64,000 nucleotides of DNA from Octopus sinensis (taxonomy: Eukaryota), in assembly GCF_006345805.1 (NCBI RefSeq), contig NC_043002.1, positions 46,934,001 through 46,998,000 on the forward strand, given 5' to 3'. Both the position numbers and the translations under genes were made by a program. A model generated the notes under the pieces. The model worked only from the letters and a program-made list of their open reading frames with translations, searched no databases and was not told where the DNA came from. Shown here in pieces: positions 50,621 to 61,853 of this stretch. Numbering within the stretch: position 1 is the stretch's first letter; each line of letters starts with the position of its first letter.

Positions 50621-51329
50621 CCTTACAAAACTTGAGGGGAGGAGCACACTAGGGATGAAGGCTAAGGTATGAAAGAAGGGGTTGAGATGGATAAGGTCTT
50701 TGTTGTTGTAGAGGAGCTACATAGCTAGTACATTTAGGGGAGACAGTGAAAATGAATCAGTAGTGACAGCAAAGAGATAAACAATGGTGATAAAGTGTCT
50801 AGGTAGTATCTTAAGGTAAGAGATGAGTAGAAGTAAGTGGGACTAAAGAAATTAGGAATGAATAGGGTTTGTAAGAATGAATGGGGTGGGGTACAGGGAA
50901 ATTAGGGGAGTGGAAATAGGTGGCGTCTGTATGGATTGGATAGGGTTGAAGAGTGGATGTAAGTGGGGTGGGGCAGGGATTTGCCAATGATGACTGAATT
51001 GGGGAGGTTGAGGGATGCAAGAAGAGAGCAGTAACAGGATAGTAATGATGATAGAAAAACAAGGGTGAGATGAAATTTTTGGGTATGTTGCAGGAGAGAG
51101 AGACAGACAGACAGACAGTCAGTTGTTGTGTATGAAGATAGAATTTGGTGGTCTAGTGTGGTGAACTCAAGAGACGAGAGAGAAAGCAGCGCCTTCTCCT
51201 TCCCAATCCAGCTCCTTCTATTCCTTGTCCACAAAGTCCCCATATGTTTCATGCAACACTTGGATTGTGGAGCCATCTGCAGTTCAAACACTCAGGAAAA
51301 TGAACTGGATTGCAAGCTCGGAAACATGA

Positions 51330-52715
51330 GATGCAGCCAACTGCCGAGTTCCCTGTAAAATTTCTTTCCATCTTCTTTAAATAATTTGTTTTGTCTAAAT
51401 TGTTTGCTTCTCTTTATATATCATGACAGTCGTTGTACCTTTGCTTGGATTTTTTGCTTCAGGTATTTCATTGTTTTGTTTGATTCCATGCTTTTTGCAT
51501 ATTTTCTTGGCTTTTCTTTGGTTGACCTGGTTTCCGTTACTTATTTCGGTCAGTATTGATAGGTCACCTCTCATGCATTGAATATCCTTTTCTAAGTTTT
51601 CTTCCCATTTTGGTTGTCTTTTCTTCTGTTGAACAGTTTTCTTTCTTAGTTTTATGCCTTTTGCTTCAGTAATAGCTGTAGCTGTAGCATAGGCTAGTTG
51701 GTCTAGCAATGTTATATTTAGTGGTTCTATTGTTGTTGATTTTGTCTCATCTATTACATTATTGCCAAATTTAATCAACTCCTTCAGGTTCTTATCCATA
51801 CTGATTTTTAGTAGGGGCTCTCTGTCTGTGGTGTCTTGTGCTTTTATCTGTTCCCATTTTCTCTGTATTTCTTCTTTTAGTTCAAAATATTTCTCCCTAT
51901 CCATGTCACTGTTTCATGCTGTTGGTTGTTTTACAGGTTCTTCTCTCTCATTACTCACAGAGGGCTCCTCAATTTCATCATCTTCTTGGTTTTCTGTAGT
52001 CCCTATTTCTATTTCATTTGTATTTGGTGTTATACGGTGAAATCTGTTGACTTTTTCTTTTATTTCTTCCAGCTCAGTGTCTGTGAGCCTCCTGTCTTTA
52101 ATGATATCTCTTTGAACATTCCCTAACTTGTTGAGATCCATATTTAACCTTGAAGTTGGATTTTGCTGTCTCCATAATTGATAAGTCCTTTTTGTCATGT
52201 TATCTTCTGATGGTGTGATTACCGCCATGTAGTATGTTTCCATTACTAGTTTATACTCTTTCCGATTCCATTTAGTTCTAGGGTTTTTGCGTGTAGTATG
52301 GCTTGCATCGGTGGGGCTGAGGTTGAGGATTTCCTTGGTTAAGTTGCCCACAGTTGCCTGGGAGTGGGTAGATTTTGAATCAGTAACCAACTTTTCGCTC
52401 CCAGCCTGACTCCTCACTAGGGGGCGCACTCCTTGTTGACTCACGAGGCGAGCAATGTGGTATGAGTTATTTTTATTGACTTTATCCATTATTGGTTGAC
52501 TACTAGGTATATTCATGGTGATTGGCCACATACTCCTTGAGTACATGAGTGTGCCTATGCATATCACACACATTGCTGGTTCCACCTTCAAGGTCGTTGT
52601 CCATCTAACTCTATGGGTCATCTGCCCTCTCCACTGTCTCAGACTTCGTGCACTTAACAGAAGGTATCCCTTCAGCCACAACAGCAATCTATCTGCCGTT
52701 GTCCCTCACTTAGTT
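51330..52715 (-). mobile_element. R4/Dong-clade retrotransposon, 5' part (N-terminal domain); RT absent
   Basis: RTKWNRKEYKLVMETYY, LWRQQNPTSRLNMDLNKLGNVQRDIIKDRRLTDTELEEIK, QPKWEENLEKDIQCMRGDLSIL, KRSKQFRQNKLFKEDGKKFYRELG. Confidence 0.75.
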
Positions 52716-52995
52716 TAGCACCACTGTTTCAAGAGGTGAATTATTCAAACTCCAAAGAATTGCTCTCAACACTTGGCTATGATGCTCCCCCACTAATTCT
52801 ACTCATGATCAGTGATGCACAAATCAGTCACCAAGGGACATGCTCAAGTGGTTATGGTCAAACAACTGACAAGTAAATCTGTGGTATTGAGCAGAATATT
52901 TGCTGCAGCCCATCTTTTATACCAAAACGAAATATGTACATGATAACACTTCCAATCAGTTAAGATCAGAAACTATGAGAGCCATTGCCTGGTAC
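52715..52995 (+). mobile_element. Dispersed SINE-like repeat (also at 25130-25430, minus)
   Basis: Shared ctatgatgctcccccacta...tcatgatcagtgatgcaca...ggacatgctcaa block. Confidence 0.6.
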
Positions 52996-53631
52996 TGCAT
53001 CCACCCATCCATCCATCAATCCATCCATCCATCCATCCATCCATCCATCCATCCATCCATCCATCATCATCATCATCATCAGCATCAGCATCATCATCAT
53101 CATCATCATCTGTTGGTCATGAAAATGTATGACTTGATATTAATTAAACTATTAATCTGATAGTTCAATGCATTTGTGTTTGTTGGTTATACATTCAGTG
53201 AATAAACATTATTTTTCTTTGTAAATCCTGTTCTTGGGTAGTAGATTCAATCTGTCACTTTGTTTAGCACAATAACCTGGTTGGCACTTGGTTATCTCTT
53301 AGCTGAATCTTCTCTGCTCTCTTGCAAGCATTGGAGCCAGATCCCCAATCTGAAAATAACTTCCTCCTTTTCTTCCTACGAGTCCCTGAGGCTCTGCAAA
53401 AGGTCATAGGCACTACCATTCCTTCCCTGACTATGCCATAAAAAATATATTAAAAAGAAAAGAAAATCTTGTTTGAGTTAAATAATTGACAGGTTGAAAT
53501 TCCAGCTGCATGCTGTTTACTTGATTTAGTGATATGGGCAAAGACCAGTATGTTGTTGAGTGTGATTTATATTACCTATGTGTGAGAAAGAGTGGTTTTT
53601 TTTTGTTTTTCAGTTTTACTATTTCTATTAG

Positions 53632-54180
53632 TAACCCTTTTGCTACCATATTTCTGTTGAAATACACTACTTTTGCAGCACGGAAGGTGTTTATAAGTCA
53701 TTTAAGAAACCCACAAAAACTGTTAGATTTAAATTTAATTGGTCAAAATATTTTCTTCGCTTTGAGACCATGACCTATTCACTGACAACATTCTGTGCTG
53801 CATTTTTGACAGAATTTTGTCAGTGAACAGGTCACGGTCTCAAAGCGACGAAAATATTTTGACAAATCAAATTTAAATGTTGAAGTGAATCTAACATTTT
53901 TTGTGTGTTTCTTAAATGGCTTATAAACACCTTCCATGCTGCAATTGTTTTCATTCCAGCACATGATCTCAGATCAGGTCACACTACTTTTGTTTTAGTT
54001 AATTTTGATAATAAGGAAGAATTTATCAAAATACCTTCGTCATTATGCTAATGTCCAGGTTATAAATTTACATAAAAGTTTTACTGGAAATATTTACTTT
54101 GGGTCACTTAAAAACAAGAAGTTTGTTTCAGAGAACCAGGAGTGAGTGGGTCCCAGTTGAGTTGGTATCAAAAGGTTTAA
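53632..54180. mobile_element. piggyBac-type MITE hosting a nested foldback
   Basis: taa-cccttttgctacc ... ggtatcaaaaggt-ttaa. Confidence 0.65.
53676..53980. mobile_element. Foldback insertion (hairpin 53674-53943) with a 12-bp TSD
   Basis: Arms cagcacggaaggtgtttataag... / ...cttataaacaccttccatgctg; direct repeat acactacttttg at 53664-53675 and 53981-53992. Confidence 0.85.
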
Positions 54181-54577
54181 GGATAGAATGAATATCTCTG
54201 ATTTGGTTCTTTATTTGGATTTGAGATTAAAAGTACTTTAGAGAGTTTTCATATGTATTGTATGGTATTTAGTATGATGTATGTTTGTGAATGTTTTCAA
54301 CACTTTAACAAGGTTTGTGAAGAGAATTAACTGAAACAAAGGTGAAGGTATTTAATTGCTAGTTATGATGAGTTATGAAGATTAAATATTTGTTAGCATG
54401 CTTATAAAAAATCTTACTTCTGATCTTTTTTTTAAATATTTTCAGAGCATGCAATTTTATCAACAAATGCAGGGATGGAAATGAGGAGGTGGAGGCATTA
54501 GAGTGCAAAATACACCAACTTCTCAGTTTCCAATTTTTTTCTTTGTATGTTCTCTGCCTGGTAATGGATACATTCAT

Positions 54578-54720
54578 TATTAGCTGGCAGAATAGTTAGC
54601 ACACTGGGCAAAATGTTTAGCAGCATTTCATCTGTCTTTACATTCTGAATTCAAATTCTGTGAGATTGACTTTTCCTTTCATCATTCTCGGGTTGATAAA
54701 ATAAGTACCATTTGATCATT
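54578..54720 (+). mobile_element. SINE family B, 5' part
   Basis: agctggcagaatagttagc...ctgaattcaaattctg...ttttcctttcatcattctcgggttgataaaataagtacc. Confidence 0.7.
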
Positions 54721-54898
54721 CTCAGTTCACTTCAAGGATGACCAAATGGACAAACTCTGATTAAGCTGCATTAGCAATATCGCAAGGTTGCATTTGCAAC
54801 AGTGAATAGTTACAGCAGTGGAAACATGTGTAGGTCATTATAATATTCTGCATATAGCTATAAAATAAATTTTGTGGATGTACGAGTCTCCATATTCT

Positions 54899-54949
<51 letters not shown>

Positions 54950-56083
54950 CATATATATATATATATCATCATCATCATCATCATCATCATTTAACATTCG
55001 CCTCCCATGCTAGCATAAATAACAACAGATGGATTATGTATTGAATGTCTCGACTCACTACAGCTGTTTCCAACCGAGTTTTTAATTGATTAATGGAGAA
55101 ATTACATCATTAGAAAAAAAAAAAAACATTTTCAGCTGGTGAATGTGAATCACAGCATTCAAAAACATTCAAAAGCCAAGTTTGTACCACTTCCTGATTC
55201 TATGACCAGTGCCAATCATAAGAATGAATTTGTTTGTTCAATTTGGTAGTATTATAGGAGAAAATAATGTGATGTCAAGTGTGGGTAGTGGGGGGGGAGG
55301 TAATGAAAATTTATAACAATGACGGAGGTTAGAGGATAGGGTAGGGGGAAATCAGATAGCAAGTATCTTGTCTGTACAACTAGGATAGAGTTCATTTCTT
55401 TTATCTTTTATTTCTATTCAACAAGAGGTTTTTAGACTAAGTTCAACCTTTTAATGCCCTCCTTTAAGGCTGGAAAAGCTATAAAAGGGAGAGACAGTAA
55501 GTCTATGATGTGTTGATAGGGTAGAGGGTATCAAATAAGCACAGTGGCCTTCGCATCAATTAGATAAATAAAGAAGTATACAATAAAGAGTATATGAAAG
55601 AAAATGGCGTGTAAAAGATTGTTAAATAAATAAATAAATAAATAGTTGACCTTATCCTTTGAACTTACATAAAATCCTCTTGTTGAATAGAAATAAAAGG
55701 GTAAAAATTTTAAAATTATCATTAAAAAATAACAATTTATACCAGTGGCCAGCATGCGTAAAAAAACATCCGAGGACTGCAAATTATATTCAAATATAAG
55801 GGGAAAGCCACTAAGTGGTTTTCTTATATGCTGAAAGTAGACTCCAAATTGTCTAACCACGAAAAATGTGTTCTTATTTAATGGTGCACGTTGGATGTAC
55901 TCATGCAAGACTCTCTGAAAAGACATAAAAGGATCTGTCAATTCCATACTTTAAAGATTCACCATTAATAATTAAACAGTTATCTGTGGATATTCAGTGG
56001 AATCCATCGGGGACACATAATAATAGAACTTGAATGTATACCATCTCTGTGAAAGGACACGTGCATATAGAGTTCCACCATTA

Positions 56084-58372
56084 TACTGGGTGCGTAAGGT
56101 ATTTGAGGACATACCTTTTTGGTGTCATTGCTGCATCTTTTGCTAACTCTGTATAATCTTTGTTTCAGAAAACGATAATGTTAGACCCTCAGCTTACTCA
56201 AGAAATGAAGAGGCATTCTGTTATTGTGGTTATAAAGGCTAAGCATAATGATTTAGAAATATCTCAATTTTTAAAAGTTGCCAGATCTTTCATCTACAAA
56301 GTTTTTAAGGAGTTAGAGACTGAAGATGGAAATGTATCACCAGTTTCAAAGCATAAAAAGCATTCTAAATGCTCTGAAATCATTAGAACACTTGAATTTA
56401 CCCAGAATGTTCAACAGACCTTTGATTACAATCCCAGAAAGCCCATGAGGTCAACTGCAAAAGATCTCAATGTGTCAGAAGGAATAGTCAGAAATGTCAT
56501 CCATGAAGACATCAGATATACAGGGGTTGGACAAAATAATGGAAACACCTTAAAATTTCGAACAAATTTATTTCAGTATGGGGTAGGACCGCCTTTGGCA
56601 GTAATTACAGCTTGAATCCTACAAATTATGGACTTGTACAAAGTTTGAATTGTTTCCAAAGGAATTTTTGTCCATTCTTCAGCTAAAACAGTCTCCAGTT
56701 CTTATAGTGGTGATGGTGTAGGATATCAACTCCTTACTTGTTTTTCTAAAATGCACCATAATTGTTCAATAATATTGAGATCTGGGGACTGTGGTAACCA
56801 GATAAGATGTTCAACTTCACTAGAATATTCCTTGTACCATTCAGTGACAACTTTAGCTGTGTTAATTGGTGCATTATCATCCTGAAAGATTATGTTTCCC
56901 TGCAGAAATAGTACTGCAACCATAGGATGAATTTGAACAGATAAAATGCTTAAATAGTCTTGACTATTAATTCTGCCATAAAGGGAAATCATTGGGCTGG
57001 CAGATTTCCAAGATATAGGCCCCACCAGATCATCTCAAATCCTCCTCCATGTTTAACAGTTTTAAGAAGACAGTCTGGGTCAAATGCTTCTTTTGGCTGT
57101 CTCCACATGTATACTCAGCTGGTGGTTGGAAATAAGGTAAGAGATGACTCGTCCAAGAAAGTAACATTCTTCTACTGCTCTAGGGATCAATTCTGTAGGT
57201 TTTTACTCCACTCTAAATGCTTTGTAACATTTGTTTTTGAAAGTAGTGGTTTTCTGATTGCAGCCCTCTCATGAAATCTGGCTTTGTGCAACTCCCAGCA
57301 AATAATTTTTGTGGAAACTAGGTTCTTGAGGTGGTCATTAAGCTCTGTAGCAATTTTGAGAGCTGTACTGTTGTGATCCTTTTTAACAATTCGCGTAAGA
57401 GTCCGATGGTCCCTATCTGAAAATTTTGGTTTTCATCTGGAGTTTTGTTTTGATGAGGATGTTTTTCCCTCTTTCTCAAAGGCTGTCATTACTTTTGAGA
57501 CAGTACTTCTTGATACACCAAACATTTCGGCTGCTTTCATTACACTAGTGCCTGCCATATGAGCACCAACAATTAGACTTCTTTGAAAGTTTGATAGATC
57601 TGTCATTTTAATGAGTTTTAATTACCTTTTTCTGATGATACCTGAAAAGAAACAGCAATTTTAGCAAAACATATTAAGCAACACTAATAATAAATCAAAA
57701 AATATAAAAATAAACAAGCTTTTGACAGTTTTATAAACATTTCAAAATTATGATGCTATGATGCTAGGTGTTTCCATTATTTTGTCCAACCCCTGTAAGT
57801 CTTATTTGTCAGAAAGAGCAAAAGAAAACCACTGCATCAGATCTAAAAAGTTCTTAAGCTGAAAAATCCAGCAGAAGAATGTTTGATTTGGTTTTTCTCA
57901 AATGAGAAGAACTTCGACCAAAATCAAAAAATTAACGGAAGAAATGATAGATGGTTATGTGCAGACCATTTTGAAATTCCAAGTGTTATGTATACAAAAT
58001 TTCCTGCAACTGTCATGGTTTTAGGGATTGTCAGCAATGAAGGACATGTGATACCTCCTTACTTCTTTCCACAAGGCCTTAGAGTTAACTCTGCCGGCTA
58101 CACTGGGATCCTGGAAACAATTTTTAAGCCCTGGATAGACAGTGTATGCAATGGAATGCCATATGTGTTTCAGTATGACTCTGCATTATCACACATGTCT
58201 CTAGTAACACAGGAATGGATGGCTGAAAATTTTCATGATTACATAACCCCTAACATTTGGCCTCCTAATTCTCCAGATTTCAATCCATTGAACTATTACA
58301 AGTGGAGCATTGTTGAGAGAGAGGTCAATCACACCCATAACACCAAAGATTCTTTGAAAGCTGCATATATTG
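56084..58372 (+). mobile_element. maT (DD37D) transposon, interrupted by a Tc1-like element and 3'-truncated
   Basis: N-terminal ORF 56160-56520 ends ...IHEDIRY and resumes KSY after the insertion. WFFSNEKNF and YDSA-x37-N(PLNY) show D37D spacing, with two catalytic Asp mutated to Asn. Confidence 0.88.
56521..57795 (-). mobile_element. Tc1-like transposon with DD36E spacing, nested
   Basis: TIRs caggggttggacaaaataatggaaacacct at both ends; TA TSD at 56519-56520 and 57796-57797; FQDDNAP...WLPQSPDLNIIE with 36 residues between D and E. Confidence 0.92.
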
Positions 58373-58393
58373 ATATATGTATATGTGAGCGTG

Positions 58394-58775
58394 TGGAGGT
58401 GCAATGGCCCAGTGGTTAGAGTAGTGGACCCGCAGTCGTAGGATCATAGTTTTGATTCCCAGACCAGGCGTTGCGAATGTTTATTGAGTGAAAACACCTA
58501 AAGCTCTATGTGGCTCCGGCAGGGGGTGGTGGAGAACCCTACTGTACTCTTTCACCACAACTTTCTCTCACTCTGTCTTCATGTTTCTGCTGTACCTGTA
58601 TTTCAAAGGGCCAGCCTTGTCACACTCTGTGTCACGCTGAATCTCACCGAGAACTGCATTAAGGCTACATGTGTCTGTTGAGTGTTCAGTCACTTGCATG
58701 TTAATTTCATGAGCAGGCTGTTCCGTTGATCGGATCAACTGGAACTCTCATCATCATAACCGATGGAGTGCTGGT
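58394..58775 (+). mobile_element. tRNA-derived SINE family C, full length
   Basis: A box tggcccagtggttaga, B box gttttgattccc, tail gtgtcacgctgaatctc...ccgatggagtgc. Confidence 0.85.
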
Positions 58776-58799
58776 AATGTGCGTGTATGTGCATGTAGG

Positions 58800-58808
58800 T
58801 GTGTATAT

Positions 58809-58861
<53 letters not shown>

Positions 58862-58901
58862 AATTATATATATATATATATGTATATATATAAATTATAT
58901 A

Positions 58902-58932
<31 letters not shown>

Positions 58933-59120
58933 AATTATATATATAAATATATTAATATATAAATATAAATATAATATATATATATATAAATATAATATAT
59001 ATATATATATATATAAATATATTAATATATAAATATAATATATATATATATAAATATAATATATATATATATATATAATATATATATATAATATATATAT
59101 ATAAATGTAATATAAAATAT

Positions 59121-59163
<43 letters not shown>

Positions 59164-59190
59164 TATATATATATTTACATATACATATAT
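58800..59190. repeat. About 390 bp of almost pure AT low-complexity sequence
   Basis: (TA)n with recurring tataaatataat interruptions. Confidence 0.95.
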
Positions 59191-60396
59191 ACTGTGTGTA
59201 CATTTGTTAACTTACTTGTTCAGCAAAAGAGACCAATAGTATAAGTCCCAGACTTAAAAACAAATAAAGTAAATACTGGGATTAATTTGTTTGATTAAAA
59301 TCCTTCAAAGCAGTGCTCCAGCATGACCACAGTCAAATAACTGAAACAAGTAAAAAGGTAAAAGATAATAACGATGCCAATGAATAATGTCTCTTCCTTG
59401 TAACGCAGTCCCCTCCATCTTGGTAATTCTAGCATTATCATTTGTAGCAGAAGCAGACTAGCTGAAGCCAATATGCACCAGTTTTTGTGAACCAGTTGTT
59501 AAAAAAATTTTTTTTTTAATGAGAAACAGTTGCTAACTGTCATGGCAGGTATTTTTACTGTAAACAACTTTGCCATAGGAAAATTTACCATATTTATTTT
59601 TGCCATGAATATTTTTACTGTAAAATTTTTGCTGTCAGCTATTTTTGCCAGAATATTTTTAAAAAAACAAACAAAGATACCTTGTTTGAATTTAAAATCT
59701 AGTTCATAGTCTGTTTGTTAGAAACAAAGTTGCTTGTTAAATTAAAAAAAAAAAAGTAAAGAAAGAAAGAAAGTGAAAGAAAATTATTATTTCATGGGTT
59801 GCTCACTAATTTTTAATTCTTCAGCTACTTGAGTCTTCATCTATATTGTTACTGGTTTTTTTTGTTTTGTTTTTTGATAAACAAGATACTGTATTTCTAG
59901 CCAATGGAGTACAAAGCAAACTAAGTACAAACAAGGTGATTTTTGTTATATTACTTGATATAATATATCTCCTCTGAAGTATGATATCCATGTTTGTCTC
60001 TCTATCATATCTTAACCTCTCAGCACTTGGCATAAAGCCACCTTCTTCAGCCATCTATCTCCTCCAGAACAAGACACCTGTACTTGTCCTTCTATCCTAC
60101 TTTAGCCTCCCAACACTTAGCATGAAACCACCATCCCATCTCAAATACTCTACCCCATACTTAGTTGAGCTGGGGTTTCCTGTACTTTTGAGAATTACTT
60201 GCTGACCTCACTAGTGCTGCTAGCACAAAACAACAAACAAACAAACAAAAAATCATCTAGTAAAGTGGTTAGTATTAGGAAGGGCATCCAACTGTAGACA
60301 CCCTACCAAAGCTGTCATTGGGGTTGGATACAGCTCTGCAGCTTGCTGGATCCTGTCAATCCATCTGGCTCATGTCAACAAAGAAAACAAATGTTA

Positions 60397-60456
<60 letters not shown>

Positions 60457-60584
60457 CCATCCTGGCAATTCAGCTGGTCCCGTATTATTTTAACATAGAA
60501 ATGTGAAGAAATGTACATGAGTGTTTATATGTAAGTATGTAAATAACTATGCTTGTGTACTGATGTGTATGTAATTGTGTGTTT

Positions 60585-61114
60585 CAACCGTGTTTCGTGG
60601 TCTGCTACCACAACAGCTCCTTTATAGGATCCAGTTAGCTTAAGATATCATCAGGAAGAACCACGTCCGGTTTCGGCCCCTACTCCTCTATCATTTTGAC
60701 GTGGTGGGGTCCCCCCTTTTGGAGGTGTCTTCATCTCTGGTGTTGGGTGCATGTCTTCTTTCTTCATCTTTCTTCTGTTCCCTGGCCTCTTCGATGTAGC
60801 GTCAATGAGTGTCAGCGGGTGACTGACTGTCTTGTCAAATTTTTCCCTTTAAATACTTGCTGCTAGGCTCCAGCAGGCAGCCTCAACAAGTTGTCACGTG
60901 ACACTGTCTCAACTTTAACTGACCAATGAAGGTGTGTCGTCTCAGCCCACGCATTCTCTAAACGATACCGTCATCTGTCAATTAGCGAAGCTAATTCAGT
61001 GTCAGCTTGTCTCACCTAGTGATATTATTTTCTGCCAGCATGTTATGACCTTCAAGCCATTTTTGGCCTTCCCGCTTCAGCCATATATAGAAGCTGGCTT
61101 TTTCGACCGCCTCC
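60585..61114 (-). mobile_element. 5'-truncated HERO/NeSL-like (RLE) non-LTR retrotransposon 3' end with a 19-bp TSD
   Basis: TSD tgtatgtaattgtgtgttt at 60566-60584 and 61115-61133; ORF end EAVEKASFYIWLKREGQKW...*; CpG-rich 3' UTR. Confidence 0.7.
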
Positions 61115-61746
61115 TGTATGTAATTGTGTGTTTGCATATAGGTTTCCACTCCACATTCTGCTAGTTTGTATCTGATACACAATACTTCAATGTGTTATTT
61201 TTAATTATCTATATGCATAACTTTTTTGAGACATTGTTCCTGTCTACTTTCCTGGCTACCTCTATGCCCCTACAATACTTTTATCTATCATTGTAGCTGT
61301 ATATTTGCATGGTTCTTTGAGATATTATTCCTATCAGCCTCACAACTGTAATCTATCATGGTAGTTGGGTCTTTATATGTAGTTGTGTAAGGTTTGTGCT
61401 TATCCATCTCCCTGTTTAACCTTCTGGCCTTTTACCTTCTTCACCTCTTTTCTTTGGCTTTTCATCCTCTCACACTATTGCTCTTGTTTAGCTGTCCCTC
61501 TTTTTACTAAATCAGCTGCTCAGTTTCAATTTTAATTCATTGTTTCCACATTTTTGCAAGAACAAGAGCAAATAAACTTTCTTTTTCTTCTTATTGTGTC
61601 TTTTACTAATACAGATCACATGGATGAGAAAGGTGCGATCCAGAGAGGAATGGACAGTGTGCTGTGACCAGCAGTGTCAAATGGATGCCTGGCGGACTGG
61701 TCGGTCAAGATGATCAAGGTGATATATATATATATATATATATATA

Positions 61747-61853
61747 CAGAGTAGGACAAAATAATGGAAACACCTTAAAATTTCAAACAAATTTATTTCA
61801 ATATGGAGTAGGATTGCCTTTGGCAGTAATTACAGGTTGAATTCTACGAGGTT
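61747..61853. mobile_element. Terminal fragment of the same Tc1-like family as 56521-57795
   Basis: cagagtaggacaaaataatggaaacaccttaaaatttcaaacaaatttatttc, following a (TA)n run. Confidence 0.8.

Noticed and set aside
54446-54560. Plus-strand exon candidate (ACNFINKCRDGNEEVEALECKIHQLL...)
   Set aside because: Good acceptor and one open frame, but no consistent-phase neighbours or recognisable domain, so support is insufficient.
58394-58465. tRNA gene
   Set aside because: It is the tRNA-derived head of a family C SINE, with a degenerate cloverleaf continuing into the SINE body.
61617-61718. Plus-strand exon with a strong acceptor (ITWMRKVRSREEWTVCCDQQ...)
   Set aside because: All three frames stop before the donor, and the peptide resembles a LINE C-terminus followed by (TA)n.
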